Shown here piece after piece: positions 14,330 through 35,617 of a stretch of DNA of 64,000 nucleotides. The DNA comes from the human T2T-CHM13v2.0 reference genome, Homo sapiens. Position 1 is the first letter of the stretch. Each line of letters opens with the position of its first letter. The notes beneath the pieces were generated by a model. It searched no databases. It worked only from the letters and a program-made list of their open reading frames with translations, and was not told the DNA's origin. The position numbers and the translations under genes were made by a program. The DNA lies in assembly GCF_009914755.1 (NCBI RefSeq), contig NC_060925.1; one strand, written 5' to 3'.

Positions 14330-16768
14330 GGAGTGACATAAGTAAAATGGAGGAATAGGAGGTCACCTACTTATGTCTCTTGACAACAATGAGAATTCTG
14401 CACCCGTCCACAGACAAAAGTCTTCAGGAGCCTTAGGATTCAGGTAGAAAGTTGTGAATCCTTGGTAAAGCCCAAGACCTAAAAAGGCCATTTTGAGAGT
14501 GCAGACTAGCACCTAGGTGGCAGACCCACCAGTCATGCACCTGGGCTCAAACCAGAAGACAACCCCATTCCCCAAAGGGTTTTGGCTACTGCCTCACTTG
14601 GCCTTGAGCCTGCAACCAAAGCCATCTTCCAAGAGGTGCAGGAGAAATCATGCACACTAGTCTCATCTGCCTGCTACAACTGGTGTTAGAAATGGACTTG
14701 AAAATTATCCTGTAACTGGCTGAAACCCCCTCATCTGTGGCTCCAGCGAATACTTCTTGCACAAGGGTCCAGAGGGAGACTTGTTCTTGTTCCACAGCTT
14801 GGGAATTACCTATATGTTTGAGCCTCCATAGCAGGCTTGCCAGCCTCTGTCCCACAGCAGATGCTTAGGGGGTCAGTTTCAGCTTTGGCCCCTCTCACTA
14901 CAGTCAGAAAGCTGTCCTGCTGTGGGGAAAAGAAGGAGAGATCAGATTGTTACTGTGTCTACGTAAAAAGAAGTAGACATAAGAAACTCCATTTTGTTCT
15001 GTACTAAGAGAAATTCTTTTGCCTTGAGATGCTGTTAATCTGTAACCCTAGCCCCAACCCTGTGCCTGCAGAGACATGTGCTGTGTTGACTCAAGGTTTA
15101 ATGGATTTAGGGCTGTGCAGGATGTGCTTTGTTAAAAATGTGTTTGAAGGCAGTATGCTTGGTAAAAGTCATCGCCATTCTCTAATCTCGAGTACCCAGG
15201 GACACAATGCACTGTGGAAGTCTGCAGGGACCTCTGCCCAGGAAAGCCAGGTATTGTCCAAGGTTTCTCCCCATGTGATAGCCAGAGATATGGCTCCGTG
15301 GGAAGGGAAAGACCTGACCATCCCCCAGCCCGACACCCATAAAGGGTCTGTATAAGGAGGATTAGTGAAAGAGGAAGGCCTCTTTGCAGTTGACATAAGA
15401 GGAAGGTATCTGTCTCCTGCTCCTCCCTGGGAATGGAATGTCTCGGTGTAAAACCTGATCGTATGTTCTATTTAATGAGATAGGAGAAAACTACCTTATG
15501 GCTGGAGGTGAGACATGCTGGCAGCAGTACTGCTCTTTAATGCACTGAGATGTTTGTGTAAAGTCAAACATAAATCTGGCCTACGTGCACATCAAGGCAC
15601 AGCACCTTTCCTTAAACTTATTTATGACACAGAGATCTTTGCTCACATGTTTTCCTACTGACCCTCTCCCCACCATTACCCTTTAGTCCTGCCACATCCC
15701 CCTCACCAAGATGGTAGAGATAGTGATCAGTAAATACTGAGGGAACTCAGAGACCAGGGCCTCCATTTGCTGAGAGCCGGTCCCCTGGGCCCACTGTTCT
15801 TTCTCTATACTTTGTCTCTGTGTCTCATTTTTTTCTCAGTCTCTTGTCCCACCTGACGAGAAACACCCACAAGTGTGGAGGGGCTGGCCCCCTTCATCCT
15901 GCCTCTGCTAGAAACAGCTAGGAGACACATACCTGCCTGGGCCACCAGGGTAGGCTTACTGGCATCCATTCCTTCATGGATTTTGAAGGGGCCTAGTCTC
16001 AGCTCTAGCCCCTCTCACTGCAGTCAGGGAATTTTTCTACCTGTGCAGGGAACTGCTGGAAGGCATGCCTGTCTAGGCCAACAGGTCATGCTTCCTGACT
16101 CAAGTCCCTAGCCAGCTTTCTTACATAGACTGGGTACCATCCATAGGTCTTCCCCAGGTCCATCCATGCCAAGACACTATGCCCACATAAGAACTCTCAT
16201 GAGGTTTACAATAAATATGGCTTCAGGGGGCCCTGTAGTGCTAGAATGTCTGCAATGGCCATGGGATTTCACAATAGTCAGTCTGCTTAGATATCTGGAC
16301 AGAACCACTAAAGAGGAATGGGCAGAGATCAACCCAGACTATGAATACTAGATTAAATACATAATTATTTAACGTGCAGACATCAACATGCATCCACATC
16401 CATCAAGAACAATCAGGGATTTATAACCTCACCAAATGTACAGAATAAGGCATCAGTGACAGATCCTAAAGAGAAGATGTGTGATCTATAAGACAAGGAA
16501 TTCAAATTAGCTGTGATAAGGAAGCTCAGTTAACTTCAATAAAATGCAAAGAAACAATATAAAAGTTTACCAGAGAAAATTTAACTAAGAGATTAAAATT
16601 TAAAAAGCAAACAAAAAATTCAGGAGCTGAGAAATACAACGAACAAAATGAAATATGCAATAGAGAGCATCAACAGTAGAATTAATCAAGCAGAAGAAAG
16701 AATTAGTGAGCTCAAAGACATATTATTTAAAAATACAGATTCAGAGGGAATAAAAAGAACAGAAATAA
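14330..16768 (+). mobile_element. Old L1M 5' UTR (with ~110-bp internal tandem units) and 5' half of ORF1; rest missing
   Basis: GAGTGACATAAGTAAAATGGAGGAATAGG start; repeated CAGCT..GCCCCTCTCACT.CAGTCAG units; ORF1 coiled-coil peptide IESINSRINQAEERISELKD (16648+). Confidence 0.75.
14921..15896 (+). mobile_element. HERV-K(HML-2) solo LTR, LTR5B-like (not LTR5_Hs)
   Basis: TGTGGGGAAAAG...CCCCTTCA termini, 976 bp, perfect 6-bp TSD TCCTGC (14915-14920, 15897-15902); GTAAAGTCAAACATAAATCTGGCCTACGTGCAC segment instead of the LTR5_Hs TATGCATAT segment. Confidence 0.93.
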
Positions 16769-18522
16769 GACTTCCAGTTCCAAAATGGTGCTGTAGATAC
16801 AAGCTGGCTCCACTGCCCCCACAGAAAACCAAAAACAAATATAGAGCATTGAGATTATCACCAGCAATATCCCAGAACCCAAATATGAAGATGAGTCTGT
16901 TCTTACAGCCACAGAGAAGTAAAAGAAAAAAAAAAAAAACTCTGAAAATGGTGACAGAATCAGATTTCCATATTCATGACACCTTTTCCCCAAACTGTGT
17001 GGCACCAAATATGTAGAAAATTTCCCTCAACTCACAGTTTCTACACTGGTAAAAATGAGGTCAAGATGAACAACCAGCTTCCCTACCATCTTGAGTTCCC
17101 TAGCAGCAGATCCATCTCTGCCTGAATTCATGGGAAGCAACGTAACTGCCTGAAGGAAGAAATATCTCTGAAGACAGCCAGAGAAAAAAAGAGTAGGTGG
17201 GACTTTCATACCCAGCCCTGGAAACTGCTCTGTAACTTGGCCAAAGGAGATACAACATCAGAGGGGCTGTTCAGCAGCACCACAGCGTAGGAGGTACATT
17301 TCACAGGTCCTCTGGGCATAAACCCCTAGCCAGCCTTTCCACACTACCAGGATATCACCTTTGGGACTCCCCCATTCAGGATTGTCAGTTCTCTGATTAG
17401 TTGCTGCAGCTGAGGCAAACCTAGGCTTGAGGCATTATCTAGTGTCAAAAAGGAGGCAAGATCAAGAAAAAAATAAGAAATTGAACAGGTAAGCTATGGA
17501 AAATCTCTGTGCAAATATACCCAACAAAAAATCAAAACAAGCTAGATGGAGAAGACGGTAATAAATAATGAATAATTTAATGCAAAGACAAACATACATC
17601 CACAGGAAATAACAGGAAACAGGAAATCATGACCTTCCCAAATGAACAAAGCAAGGAATCAGTGTCTGACTTGTAGCAATATGTGAGCTCTCTGACCAAG
17701 AATTCAAAATAGCAGTTTTAAGGAAACTCAGTGATCTCCAAGAAAACAAAAAAAATCAATTCAGAAATTTATCAGAGAAATTTACCAAAAAGATTGAAAT
17801 AATTCAAAAAATCAAATAGAAATCTTGAAACTGAGAAATAAATGCTTAACTGAAAAATTTATTAGAGGCTTTCAACAGCAGAATGGAAAGAACATTAAAA
17901 ATAATCTGTAAACCTGAAGACAGACTATTTGAAATTACACAGTCAGAAGAGAAAAAAAGAATGAAAAGGCATGAAGATAACCTACAAGATATAGAAAATT
18001 ACCTCAAAAGACTAAGTCTAAGAATTGTCAGTGTTTAAAAAGGAATTGACCAAGAGCAAGGAGACAGAAATCTTATTCAAATAAATAATAACACAAAACC
18101 TTCCAAAACTGGAGATAGACATAAATATACAGGCACAAAAAGGTCAGAGAATACCAAACAGGTTTGACCCAAGTAACATTATTTTGAGGCATATCATAAT
18201 CAGACTCTCAAATCAAGGACAAAAAATGCTCTTTGAAGCAACAGGAAAAAAGAAGCAACATGTCAAGGAACTCCAACTCATTTGGCAATAGACTGTTCAA
18301 TGAATATCAAACAGGCCAGGAGAGAGTGCAATGATATTTTCAAACTGCTAAAAAAAAATTGCCATCCAAGAATACTGAATCTAGCAAAGCTATCCTTCAA
18401 ATATAAAAGCAAGATAATCTTTCCAAGACAAGCAAAATGAGAAAATTTGCCACCACCAGACCCATCTTACAGGAAATGCTGAAAGGAATTCTTCAATCCA
18501 AAAGAAAAAACACTAATGTGCT

Positions 18523-18886
<364 letters not shown>

Positions 18887-19423
18887 TTAAAAATAGCTTG
18901 TTATATCTATACAACTTTTTTGTAAGCCTCAAGGTAACCACAGTGCAAAAGCCTACAAATGATACACTAAAAACAAAAAGCAACAAGTTGAAACACACTA
19001 CCAAAGAGAAATCACTTAACCACAAAGAAAGACACTAAGAAAGAGAGTAGTTACAAAACAACCTAAAAATGAGTAACAAAATGGCTGTAGAGAGACTATT
19101 AATCAATAATAACACTGAATGTAAATGGACTATATTCTCCAATTAAGAGACACAGAATCACTAACTGGATTAAACACACATGGACACACAGACACAGGCA
19201 CACACACAAACACCAATTATATGCTGCCTATGAGAGACTCACATCATCTGTAAAGATATGCATAGACCAAAAATGAGGCATGACAAAAGATATTCCATGA
19301 AGATGGAAACCAAAAAGAGTAGAAGTAGCTCTACTTGTAATATATAAAGTAAACTTTAAGCCAAAAACTGTAAAAAGAGACAAAGAAGGCCATTATATAA
19401 TGATAAAGGGGCCAACACAGCAA

Positions 19424-19455
19424 ATATATATATATATATTTATATATATATATAT
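19424..19455. repeat. (TA)n microsatellite inside L1MA ORF2
   Basis: Direct reading. Confidence 0.9.
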
Positions 19456-21105
19456 CTCCAACATCAAAGAACCTAAATATATAAAGTAAATATGAATATA
19501 CTTAAAGGGAGATATAGACTATAGGGCAATAACAGTCGGGGACTTCAACCCCCTACTTTCAGCAATGGACAGATCATCTAGGTACAAAATTAACAATGAA
19601 ACATGAGTTAAACTGTACTCTATACCAAGTATATCTAACAGACATTTACAGAACATTCCATCCAACAGCTGGAGGATGCACATTCTTCTCAAGAGCACAT
19701 GGAACATTCTCCATTACAGATCATATATTAGTCCACAAAACAAGTCTCAACAAAATTTTAAAAATTGAAATTATATCAAGTATATTTTCCAACCACAACC
19801 AAATAGAATTAGAAATCTATAGCAGGAGAAATTTTGGAAAGTGTACAAATACATGGAAATTAAACAGCATGCTTCTGAACAACCAACTGGTCAATAAAGA
19901 ATTTTTTAAAAAAATTAAAACATTTATTGAGACAAATGAATATGGAACCACAACATACCAAACCTATGAGATACAGGAAAAGCAGCTATAAGAGAGAAGT
20001 TTACAGCAATAAATGCCTGCTTCAAAAAAGGAGAAAGTTCTCAGGTAAACAATCTAATGTTGCATCTCAAGGAACTAGAAAAAACAAGTACAAACTAAAT
20101 CCAACATTAGAAAGAAATAATAAATCAGAACACAAACAAAATAGAGACAAAAATATAAAAGATCAACAAAATAAAGTGATGATTTTTTAAAAAGACAAAT
20201 AAAACAAACTTTCAGTTAGACTAAGGAAAAAAATAGAGATAACCCAAATAAATAATAACAGAGATAAAAAAGGAGACATTACTACTTATGCTACAGAAAT
20301 ATAATGGATCACAGGAGACTATTATGAACAACTGTACACCAACAAGTTGGAAAACAGAAGAAATGGATAAATTCTTGGATATACAATTTAACAAGACTGA
20401 ATTATAAAGAAATAGAAAATCTGAAAAGACCAATAATAAGTGAAGAAATTGAATGAGTAATAAAAAGTCTCTCATCAAAGAAAAGCCCAGGACCTGATGC
20501 CTTCACTGCTGAATTCTACTAAACATTTAAAGAAGAACAAATATGAATTCTCCTCAAATCAAACTATTCCAAGAAATTGAAGGGGAGAGAAGTTTCCTGA
20601 AATCATTCTTCAAGGCCAGCACTACCCTAATTCCAACACCAGACAAGGACACAACCAAAACAAAACTATAGGTTAATATCCCTGATAAACATCCATGCAA
20701 AAATTCACAACAATACATTAGCAAACAGAATTCAACAGTACATTAAAAACATCATTGGCCAGGATCAAGTGAAATTTAATCCAGGGATATAAGGGTAATT
20801 CAACATATACAAACAAATAGATGGGATTTGTCACATTAATAGAATCAAAAATGAAAGCATATGATCAATTTAATAGATGTAGAGAAACATTCGATAAAAT
20901 TCAATATCGCCTTATGGTAAAAACTCCCAACAAATCACATATAGAATGAATGTATCTCAACACAATAAAGGTCAGGTATGACAAACCCACACTTAAGACC
21001 ATATTGAATGAGAAAACATTTAAAGCTCTTCTTCTAAGATCTGGAAAAATACAAAGATACTCACTTTCACTACTTCTATTCAACATAGTGCTGGAGTTCC
21101 TAGCC

Positions 21106-21323
21106 CATGGCTGTCCAGTCTTTTGGCTTCCCTGAGCCATGTTGGGGGAAGAAAAATTGTCTTGGGCTACACAAAAAAACACTAACAATAGCTGATGAGC
21201 TTTTAAAAATATCACAAAAAAAGACTCATAATGTTTTAAGAAAGTTTATGAATTTGTATTGGGCCCTGTTCAAAGCTGTCCTGGGCCACATCCAGCCCAT
21301 GAGCTGTGGGTTGGACAAGCGTG
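21106..21323 (+). mobile_element. MER30 (hAT-Charlie) inserted in the L1MA RT region
   Basis: TGTCCAGTCTTTTGGCTTCCCTG...GGGTTGGACAAGC; perfect 8-bp TSD TCCTAGCC (21098-21105, 21324-21331). Confidence 0.93.
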
Positions 21324-23467
21324 TCCTAGCCAAAGCAATTAGGTGAAAGAAAGAAAGAACGGGCTTTCAAATTGGAAAGAAAAAGTCAAATTGTCCCTAT
21401 TTGAAGATGTTATTATGTCATATACAGAAAACCCTAAAGACTCCACCAAAAAAAACTATCAAAACTGATGAATAAATTCAGTAAAGTTGCAGGATACAAA
21501 ATCAATATTTAAAAAATCAGTAGCATTTGTATATGTTAATAGCAAACTATCTGAAAAAGAAAATAATCTCATTTACAGTAGCTACCAAAAATGCCTAGGA
21601 AAAATTTTAACCAAAAAGGTGAAAGATCTATACAAGAAAAGCTATAAAATGTTGATGAAAGAAATTGAAGAGGACACAAAAATATGGAAAACTATCCCAT
21701 GTTCATGCATTAGAAGAATTAATACTGTTAAAATATCCATACTACCCAAAGCAATCTACAGATTCAATGCAATCTCTATCAAAATATAGATAATATTCTT
21801 CACAGAAATAGAAAAAAAATCCTAAAATTCTTAGAACCACAAAAGACCCTAAATAGCTGAGCAAAAAGAAAAAATGAAGCTGGAGGCATCACATTATCTG
21901 ACTTAAAATATATCACAAAGCTATAGTAACTTAAACTGCATGATACTAACATAAAAAAGAAACATAGACCAATGGAGCAAAACAGAATAAAAAATAAATC
22001 CAAATATTTACATCCACCTGATTTTTGACAAAGCCACTAAGCACACACATTGGGGAAAGGGCAATTTATTTAATAAATGATGCTGGGAAAACTGGATATC
22101 CACATGCAGAAGAGTGAAACTAGACCCCTACCTCTAACCATAAGCAAAAATCAGCTCAATAAGGATTAAATACTTAAATTTAAGACCCAAAACTATGAAA
22201 CTACTAGAAGAAAACATAGGGAAAATGCTTAATGATATTGGTCTGGGTAAGAATTTTTTTAATAGGACCTTAAAAACATAGATAATTAAACCAAAAATAG
22301 ACAAAATAGTCATCAAACTGCAAAGCTTCTGCTTATCAAAATAAACAATCAGTAGAACAAAAAGACAACCTACAGAATGGGATAAAATACTTGCCAAGTA
22401 TGCATCTAACAAAAGGTTAATATCTAAAATACTTAAGCACCTCAAACAATTCAATAACAAAATATAATAATAATACAAATAATTCAATTTTTAAAATGAG
22501 CAAAAGACTTGAATAGACATTTCTCAAAAGAAAACATACAAATGGCCAACAGGTATATGAAAAAATTCTCAGCATCACTAATCATCAGGGAAATGCAAAT
22601 CAAAACCACAGTGAGAGAGCACTTTGCATTAGTAAGAATGGCTATCGTCAAAAAGGCAAAAAATAACAAATGTTGGCAAGAATGTAGTAAGTATACACTG
22701 TTGGTGGGAATGTAAGTTAGTACTGCCATTATGAACAATAGTATGAAGGTTTCTTAAAAAATAAAAATAGAACTACCATATGATCCAGAAATCCTACTAC
22801 TGGGTATATATCCCCAAAATGAAATCAGTATGTTGAAGAGATATCTGCACTCCCATGTTTATTATATCACTATTCATAATAGCCAAGATATGAAATCAGT
22901 CAGAGTGTCCATCAGTGGATGAATGGATTTTAAAATGTGTTATATGTGAACAATGGAATACTATTCAGATACAAAAATGAATAAAATCTCATCACTGATG
23001 ACATGGATAAACCTGGAAGACATATTATATTAAGTAAAATAAGCCAGGCACAAGATAAATACCACACTCATATGTGGAATCTAAAAAAAGTTGATTTCTG
23101 AGAAGTAGAGAGTAGAATAGTGATTACCAGAAGTTGGGCAGTGGAGGGTGAAGAAGGGAAGCGCAGAGGTTTGTCAGTGGGTACAAAGCTACATTTGGAT
23201 AAATAGAATAAGTTCTAGTGTTCTATTGCATAGTAGTGTGCATACAGTTAACAATAATGCATTGTATATTTCAAAATAGCTAGAAGAGAGAATTTTGAAT
23301 GTTCTAACCACAAAGAAATAATAAATGTTTGATGTGATGGATATGCTAGTTATCCTGATATAATCATTGCACAATGTATACATGTATCAAGACATCATTC
23401 TGTGTCCCATAAATATGTACAATTATTATGTGTCAATTAAAAATAAAATAAAACAAAAAAAGAAATA

Positions 23468-25567
23468 TAAGTCTGCCTCATTATATTGCACTTTGCTATA
23501 TAGCACTTTGCACTTCCGCACTTTTGCACTTTTTTATAAATTGAAAGTCTGTGGAAATCCTGCCTTGACCAAGTCTTTCAGCACCATTTTTCCAACAGCG
23601 TGTGCTCACTTTGTTTCACATTTTGGTGATTCTTACAGCATGTCAAACATTTTCATTATTATTATAATCTGTCATTGTGATCTGTGATTGGTGATCTTTG
23701 ATTTTACTACTGTAATTGTTTTGGTATGCTAAGAACCACTCCCATAGAAGACAGTGAACTTAATTGATAAATGTTGTGTGTGTTCTGACTACATTACTAA
23801 CCTGTCCCTCCCCTGTCTCTTCCTTAAGCTTAAGCTTAGCGAGGAAAGCACGTCAAAAGCTGAGATAGGGCAAAAGCCAAGTCTCTTATGACAAACAGCC
23901 AAGTTGCGAATGCAAAGAAAAAGTTATTGAAGGAAATTGAAAGTGCTACTCCAGTAAACACATGAACAATAATAAAGTGAAACAGCCTTATTGCTGATAT
24001 GGAGAAAGTTTTAATGGTCTGGATAGATAATTAAACCAGCCACAACTTTCCCTTAAGCCAAAGCCTATTCCATATTAAGACCCTAACTCTCTTTAATTCT
24101 ATGAAGGCTGAGAGAAGTAAGGAAGGAAGCTGCAGAAGAAAGATTTGAAACTCACAGAAATTGATTCATGAGGTTTAAGGAAAGAAGCTATCTCCATAAC
24201 ATAGAAGTCCAAAGTGAAGTGACAGGTGCAGATGTAGAAGCTGCAACAAGTTATCCAGAAAATCTAGCTAAGATAATTAATCAAGGCAAGGTGGCTACAC
24301 TCAACAACAAATCTTCAGTGTAGACAAAATCACCTTATATTGGAAGAAGATGCCATTTAGGACTTTCCTTGCTAGAGAGAAGTCAATGCCTGGCTTCAAA
24401 GCTTCCAAGGACAGGCTGACTTGCTTGTTAGGGGTTAATTTATGCACCTGGTACCTTGAAGTTCAATCCAATGTTTACTTACCATTCAGAAAATCCTATG
24501 GCCCCTAAGAATTATGCTACATCTACTTTGTCTAACCTCTATGAATGGAACAAAGCCTGGATGACAGAACATCTGTTTACAGCATGGTTTACTGAATATT
24601 TTAATTCCATAATTGAGACCTACTGCTCAGGAAAAAAGAAGATTCCTTTCAAAATATTATTGCTCATTGACAATGCACCTGGTCACCCAAGAGCTCTGAT
24701 GGAGATGTACAAAGAGATGAATGTCATTTCCATGCCTGCCAACACAACATCCATTTTGCAGTTCACAGAGTAATTTTGACTTTCAAATCTCATTAGTTAA
24801 GAAATACATTTTATAAGATGATAGCTAACATACATAGTGATTCCTCTGATGGATTTGGACAAAGTACATTGAAAACCTAGAAGGGTTTCACTATTGTAGG
24901 TTCCATTAACAATATGCATGACTCACGGAGGAAGGTTAAAATATGAACATTAAGAGGATTTTGGAAAAACTTGATTTTACTCCTTATAGATGACTTTGAG
25001 GAGTTCAAGACTTCAGTAGAGGAAGTAACTGCAGATGTGTAGAAATAGCAAAAGAACTAGAAGCGGAGTCTGAAGATCTGAGCGAATTACTGCAATCTTT
25101 TGATAAAACTTTAATAGATGAGGAGTTGCTTCTTGTGGATGAACAAAGAAAGTGGTTTCTTGTAATGGAATTTATTATTGGTAAAGATGTTTTAACATTG
25201 TTGAAATGACAATAAAATATTTAGAATGTTCCATAAACTTATTGGATAAAGCAGCAGCAGAGCTTGAGAGGATTCACTTCAATTTTGAAAAAAAATTCTA
25301 CCATGGGTAAAATGCTATCAAACAATGATATGTGATATGCTACAGATAAATCTTTTGTGAAAAAGAAAAGACAATTAATGCAGCAAGTTTCATTGTTGTC
25401 TTATTTTAGAAAATTCTCATAGACACTTCAACCTTTAGCAACATCGCCCTGATCAGTCAGCAGCCATCAACATCAAGGCGAGAGCCCCTACCAGCAAAAA
25501 GATTACAACTGAAGGCTCAGATGATTGTTAGCATTTTTAAGCAGCATTTTTAAATTAACGTATATAC
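23468..25567 (+). mobile_element. Tigger1 (pogo/TcMar) DNA transposon, 3' terminus missing
   Basis: Starts after TA (23466-23467) with a decayed left TIR; transposase remnant [16 protein letters not shown] (24456..24773); ends at TTAAATTAACGTATATAC, roughly 150 bp short of the consensus end. Confidence 0.92.
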
Positions 25568-32058
<6,491 letters not shown>

Positions 32059-32574
32059 CCAAGATTAAATTTTTATGGTGGGAGAAGAAGGGGAAAGGAA
32101 AGGGAGAGCTATGAGGGAAGAACCTGAAGTGACCCATACCAAGGAGGCAATTGACTTTTTAGATTTGTATTTTATTTTTTCTTAACTATTGAATAACACA
32201 TAGTAATTTTAGAATTTGGAAAGTATTTCTGAGAATTCAACGTTGTTGGGTCATAAACAAGGCATACATAATGCATACTTAGTATTCTAGAATGGAGAAC
32301 TTCTGTGAAACACTGGAAAATTCTAAGGCCAATTGAAATTATTAACAGAATATGCTCACTTTAGAAAGCCCATTTTTGAATGATTATCTGAGTCTCCATA
32401 GCAATACCAGTGACTTAGACTCAAGGCACATGGGCAAGAGAAAGGTATTTCTACTGCAATCGTATGTCATTGAACCCAAGATACCTTAGATGATAAAATA
32501 CATCCCAATTTTAGGGATGCTAACATGAAAAAAATGCATCTTAAAATCAATGAAATAAGGGACTATAAATGTTA

Positions 32575-32790
32575 CTTTTTACTGAGAGTTTATTTTGTAT
32601 CAAGTATCTGATATATAGCCTTTTTAACATGCACCACATTTTTCATGTGGTGTATTCTGTTATTTTTATTTTACACATTAGGAAATCAAAGCACAGAGAA
32701 ATTAAGGAACTTACATACCATGTCATATAGCAATTAAATGCTGGGGCTAGGATTTCAACCAATAGCAATTTGACTTTATCCATGATGCTA
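32575..32790 (-). mobile_element. MIR
   Basis: ATTTTACACATTAGGAAATCAAAGCACAGAGAAATTAAG..GGATTTCAACC core. Confidence 0.7.
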
Positions 32791-32869
32791 TACTGATTTC
32801 AGAAATTTTGGAAATACTTTTCCTTAGGTGGAAATAAATAAAAAGTTGGAAAGTGTGTGACGTGCCTTT

Positions 32870-33640
32870 ATAGATACCCAACTGTATAGCCTGGACCATT
32901 AGAGATAGCTCAAGATCACTATTTTGCAACCCCCAGGAACTAATGGATACAGGCAATAATTATTGAAAGAGAGATAACAAGACCTTATGTACTTTCTAGT
33001 GGAAATACACAAGACCACCTCTGAATTAGCCTTAACAAAAACTACAATAACAAAATCACATCTAAATTTGACCAATCTTCTAGATATAAGCACCCCTATA
33101 TTTCTAAGGAAATATAGGAGATACAGTAATATATTACCTATCACCATAAGAATGAAGACAGAAAAACCTGGACCATGAGAGTATGTAAAGGACAAACAAT
33201 GTGGTTTCTTCACAAACCAATTGCAAGGGGAAAAATAAGTCATAGAGGGGGAACCTATTAAAAGAGATTTAAGAAATGTCAATCAATCACAATGAACGAA
33301 CTTTATTTGTATCCTGATTCAAAACAAATTATAAAAAATTATAAGATAATTAGAGAAATGTGAACACTAAATATCTGATGATATTAAAGAATTATTGTTA
33401 ATGTTTTAGGTTTGATAATGATATTACAGTTGTTTTTAAAATAGTCTTGTATTTAGAGGTAGTTATTAAAGTATTTGTATAAAAATAATATAATTTGTTT
33501 CAAAATAATCTTAGGGTATGGGTAGTGCAGGAAATAGCTGGGGTACAAAATGAAATAATGTTGGCCATGCATTGATGGCCACATGGGACTTATAATACTA
33601 TTCTCTTTATTTCTACATAGTATAATTTAAATTTTTTTTT
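32870..33640 (+). mobile_element. L1MC4/5-type 3' fragment
   Basis: AAAAGAGATTTAAGA..CTTTATTTGTATCCTGATTCAAA..GATGATATTAAAGAATTATTGTTAAT motifs. Confidence 0.7.
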
Positions 33641-34282
33641 TGGCTACAGAGACCAGTTTTAAATTAAGTCACTTGAGTTGCCCTAGCAACTACTTTCAAA
33701 GTCCTCACTCTTCTTTAATTACTATTGATCTTTGGCTTCTCTTCTCCATCTAGTCTCTGTCACCTTAGAACTCCCACTCTTTAACACTGGTTACCTACAT
33801 CATTTTGCCTCTTTGATCACAAGAACCTCTCAACAAGCCTATCCAGAGATTTTAAAGAGTTCCCTCAAGCTCCAGTAGAGAGATGATAAGCCCTGTGGAA
33901 CAGAAAACTGCCAACCTCACCATCTACCACACACATCAGGAGAATAATGTGTCCATCCATGGGCTACCATGTTCAGCCTTCTTACCCAGAACCTGAGCTG
34001 GAATCAACCTGCCCCAATCTAGATGCTTAATGAATTGATCCTTACAACTAACCTAATTTGATCATCCGATGCTTACTCCGAAAGGGAGGCTCAGCCTAGA
34101 ACAGGAGGATATGTTTTTTATTCCCACTGACCCCTGGCACATGCTATAATCAACCTGGAGGGATTTTCCATTGCTCAGACTAACCTCAGGCCCATACTTC
34201 AGCAGGTCGAATCTTCTTAAAAAGTCATCATGGATATGTTCTTAGGAAGCTCCTTTCAGGTAAGATGGAATTCAGCTGTAAG

Positions 34283-34452
34283 CAGGGGCTCTCAACTACA
34301 GCACTACTAACATTTTGGGCTGTGTTATTCTTTGTTGTGGAGGCTGTCCTGGGCATTAACGGTTTTCTTGGCCTCTATTTACCAGATGCCAGTAGCACCT
34401 CTTCAGGTGCTACAACCAAAAGTGTCTCCAGGCATTGCCATGTGTCTTCTGG
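34283..34452 (-). mobile_element. MER20 (hAT-Charlie), partial
   Basis: ACATTTTGGGC..ATTCTTTGTTGTGG..CCAGATGCCAGTAGCACC..ACAACCAAAAGTGTCTCCAGGCATTGCCA. Confidence 0.8.
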
Positions 34453-34459
34453 CACATTA

Positions 34460-34925
34460 TAAGCCAGTAACCTGTGAATTACAGAAAATCCAAAATAACT
34501 GTGGCTGAAAGAAGGCAGAAATTTATTTTTCTCTCATGTAAATGAAGTCCCAAAATAAGTAGCCCGGCTAGTATGGTGGCTCCATGACCACCAGTGACTG
34601 GGGTTCCTTCTTCTTGTCGCTCTATCAGTAACACATGATTTCCTCATTATGGCCCCAAATACTCTAGCTACAACTATAAAGCACAGCTTCCAGACACAGT
34701 AAGGAGAAACGGTGAAGAGCCAATGTCCTCTACCTTTAAAGACACTTCCCAGAAGTGACATAGCATGGATATCCCATGCGCCTGAATTAGTCACGTGGTC
34801 ACACCCGACTACAAGGAAAGCTGAAAAATGTATTCTGTATTCTAGGTAGACATGAACCCAGCCAGAGGTTATCATGGAGGAAAGGAAAACCACATGCTGG
34901 GGACTGCTAGTTGTCTCTACTGCAC
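34460..34925 (-). mobile_element. MLT1J-like MaLR LTR
   Basis: ACAGAAAATCCAAAATAACTGTGGCT..ATTTATTTTCTCTCATGTAA..TTAGTCACGTGGTCACACC..CAAGGAAAGCTGAAAAATGTA. Confidence 0.75.
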
Positions 34926-35617
34926 TAAGATAAGCAGGAACCATATCTGATTATCCATGTAATCCCTCAGTTCCACCCGGCCGTATTGAAGTTGGGAGTA
35001 TGAATGCATGGAGCCCCCTCCCCTTGCCACCATGGTCTCCACTTGGCCTTTGGCTGACTATTGATTCACAGCTCCTTCTCTAACCATCCTGCTCTACCTG
35101 CATCCTTTTAAAAATGCTTTCTCTCCTTTTTTATACAATTAACACAAGTTCGCTTTGAAAATATAGATAAAACCAAAGAAAAAAATAAACATCACCCATA
35201 TTCACACGATATTTAGATCATCGTTGTAAAGTTTCAGCCTATATCTTTAATAAGAGCTATGGTGTGTTCAGTGGCTGCTAAGCGCCACGTACGATCTCAA
35301 GTGTTTTACCGGCACCACCTGATTTAATCCTTACAATAATCCTGTCAGGACGGTTATTGAAGTACAGAAAAAGTAACCCTAGTCTGTACTTCCCCAACAA
35401 TGCTAAAAAATGGCTAGGCCAGACATTGAAGCCAGAAAAAGGACTCCAAAGTTCTTGCTCTTAACTCCTTCACTCCATTTGTATGTATCTACATTTATCT
35501 CTCTATTACATATGCACATACACAAGCACAATCGGGTTATATTGTATTATTTTGTAAGCCTTTCCTTTAAACATAACAATATATTATGAATATCTTTCCA
35601 TGTCTTTATATTTTCTT

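Noticed and set aside
24456-24773. Possible domesticated TIGD1-like transposase
   Set aside because: Short fragment of a decayed Tigger1 with its start deleted and many stops
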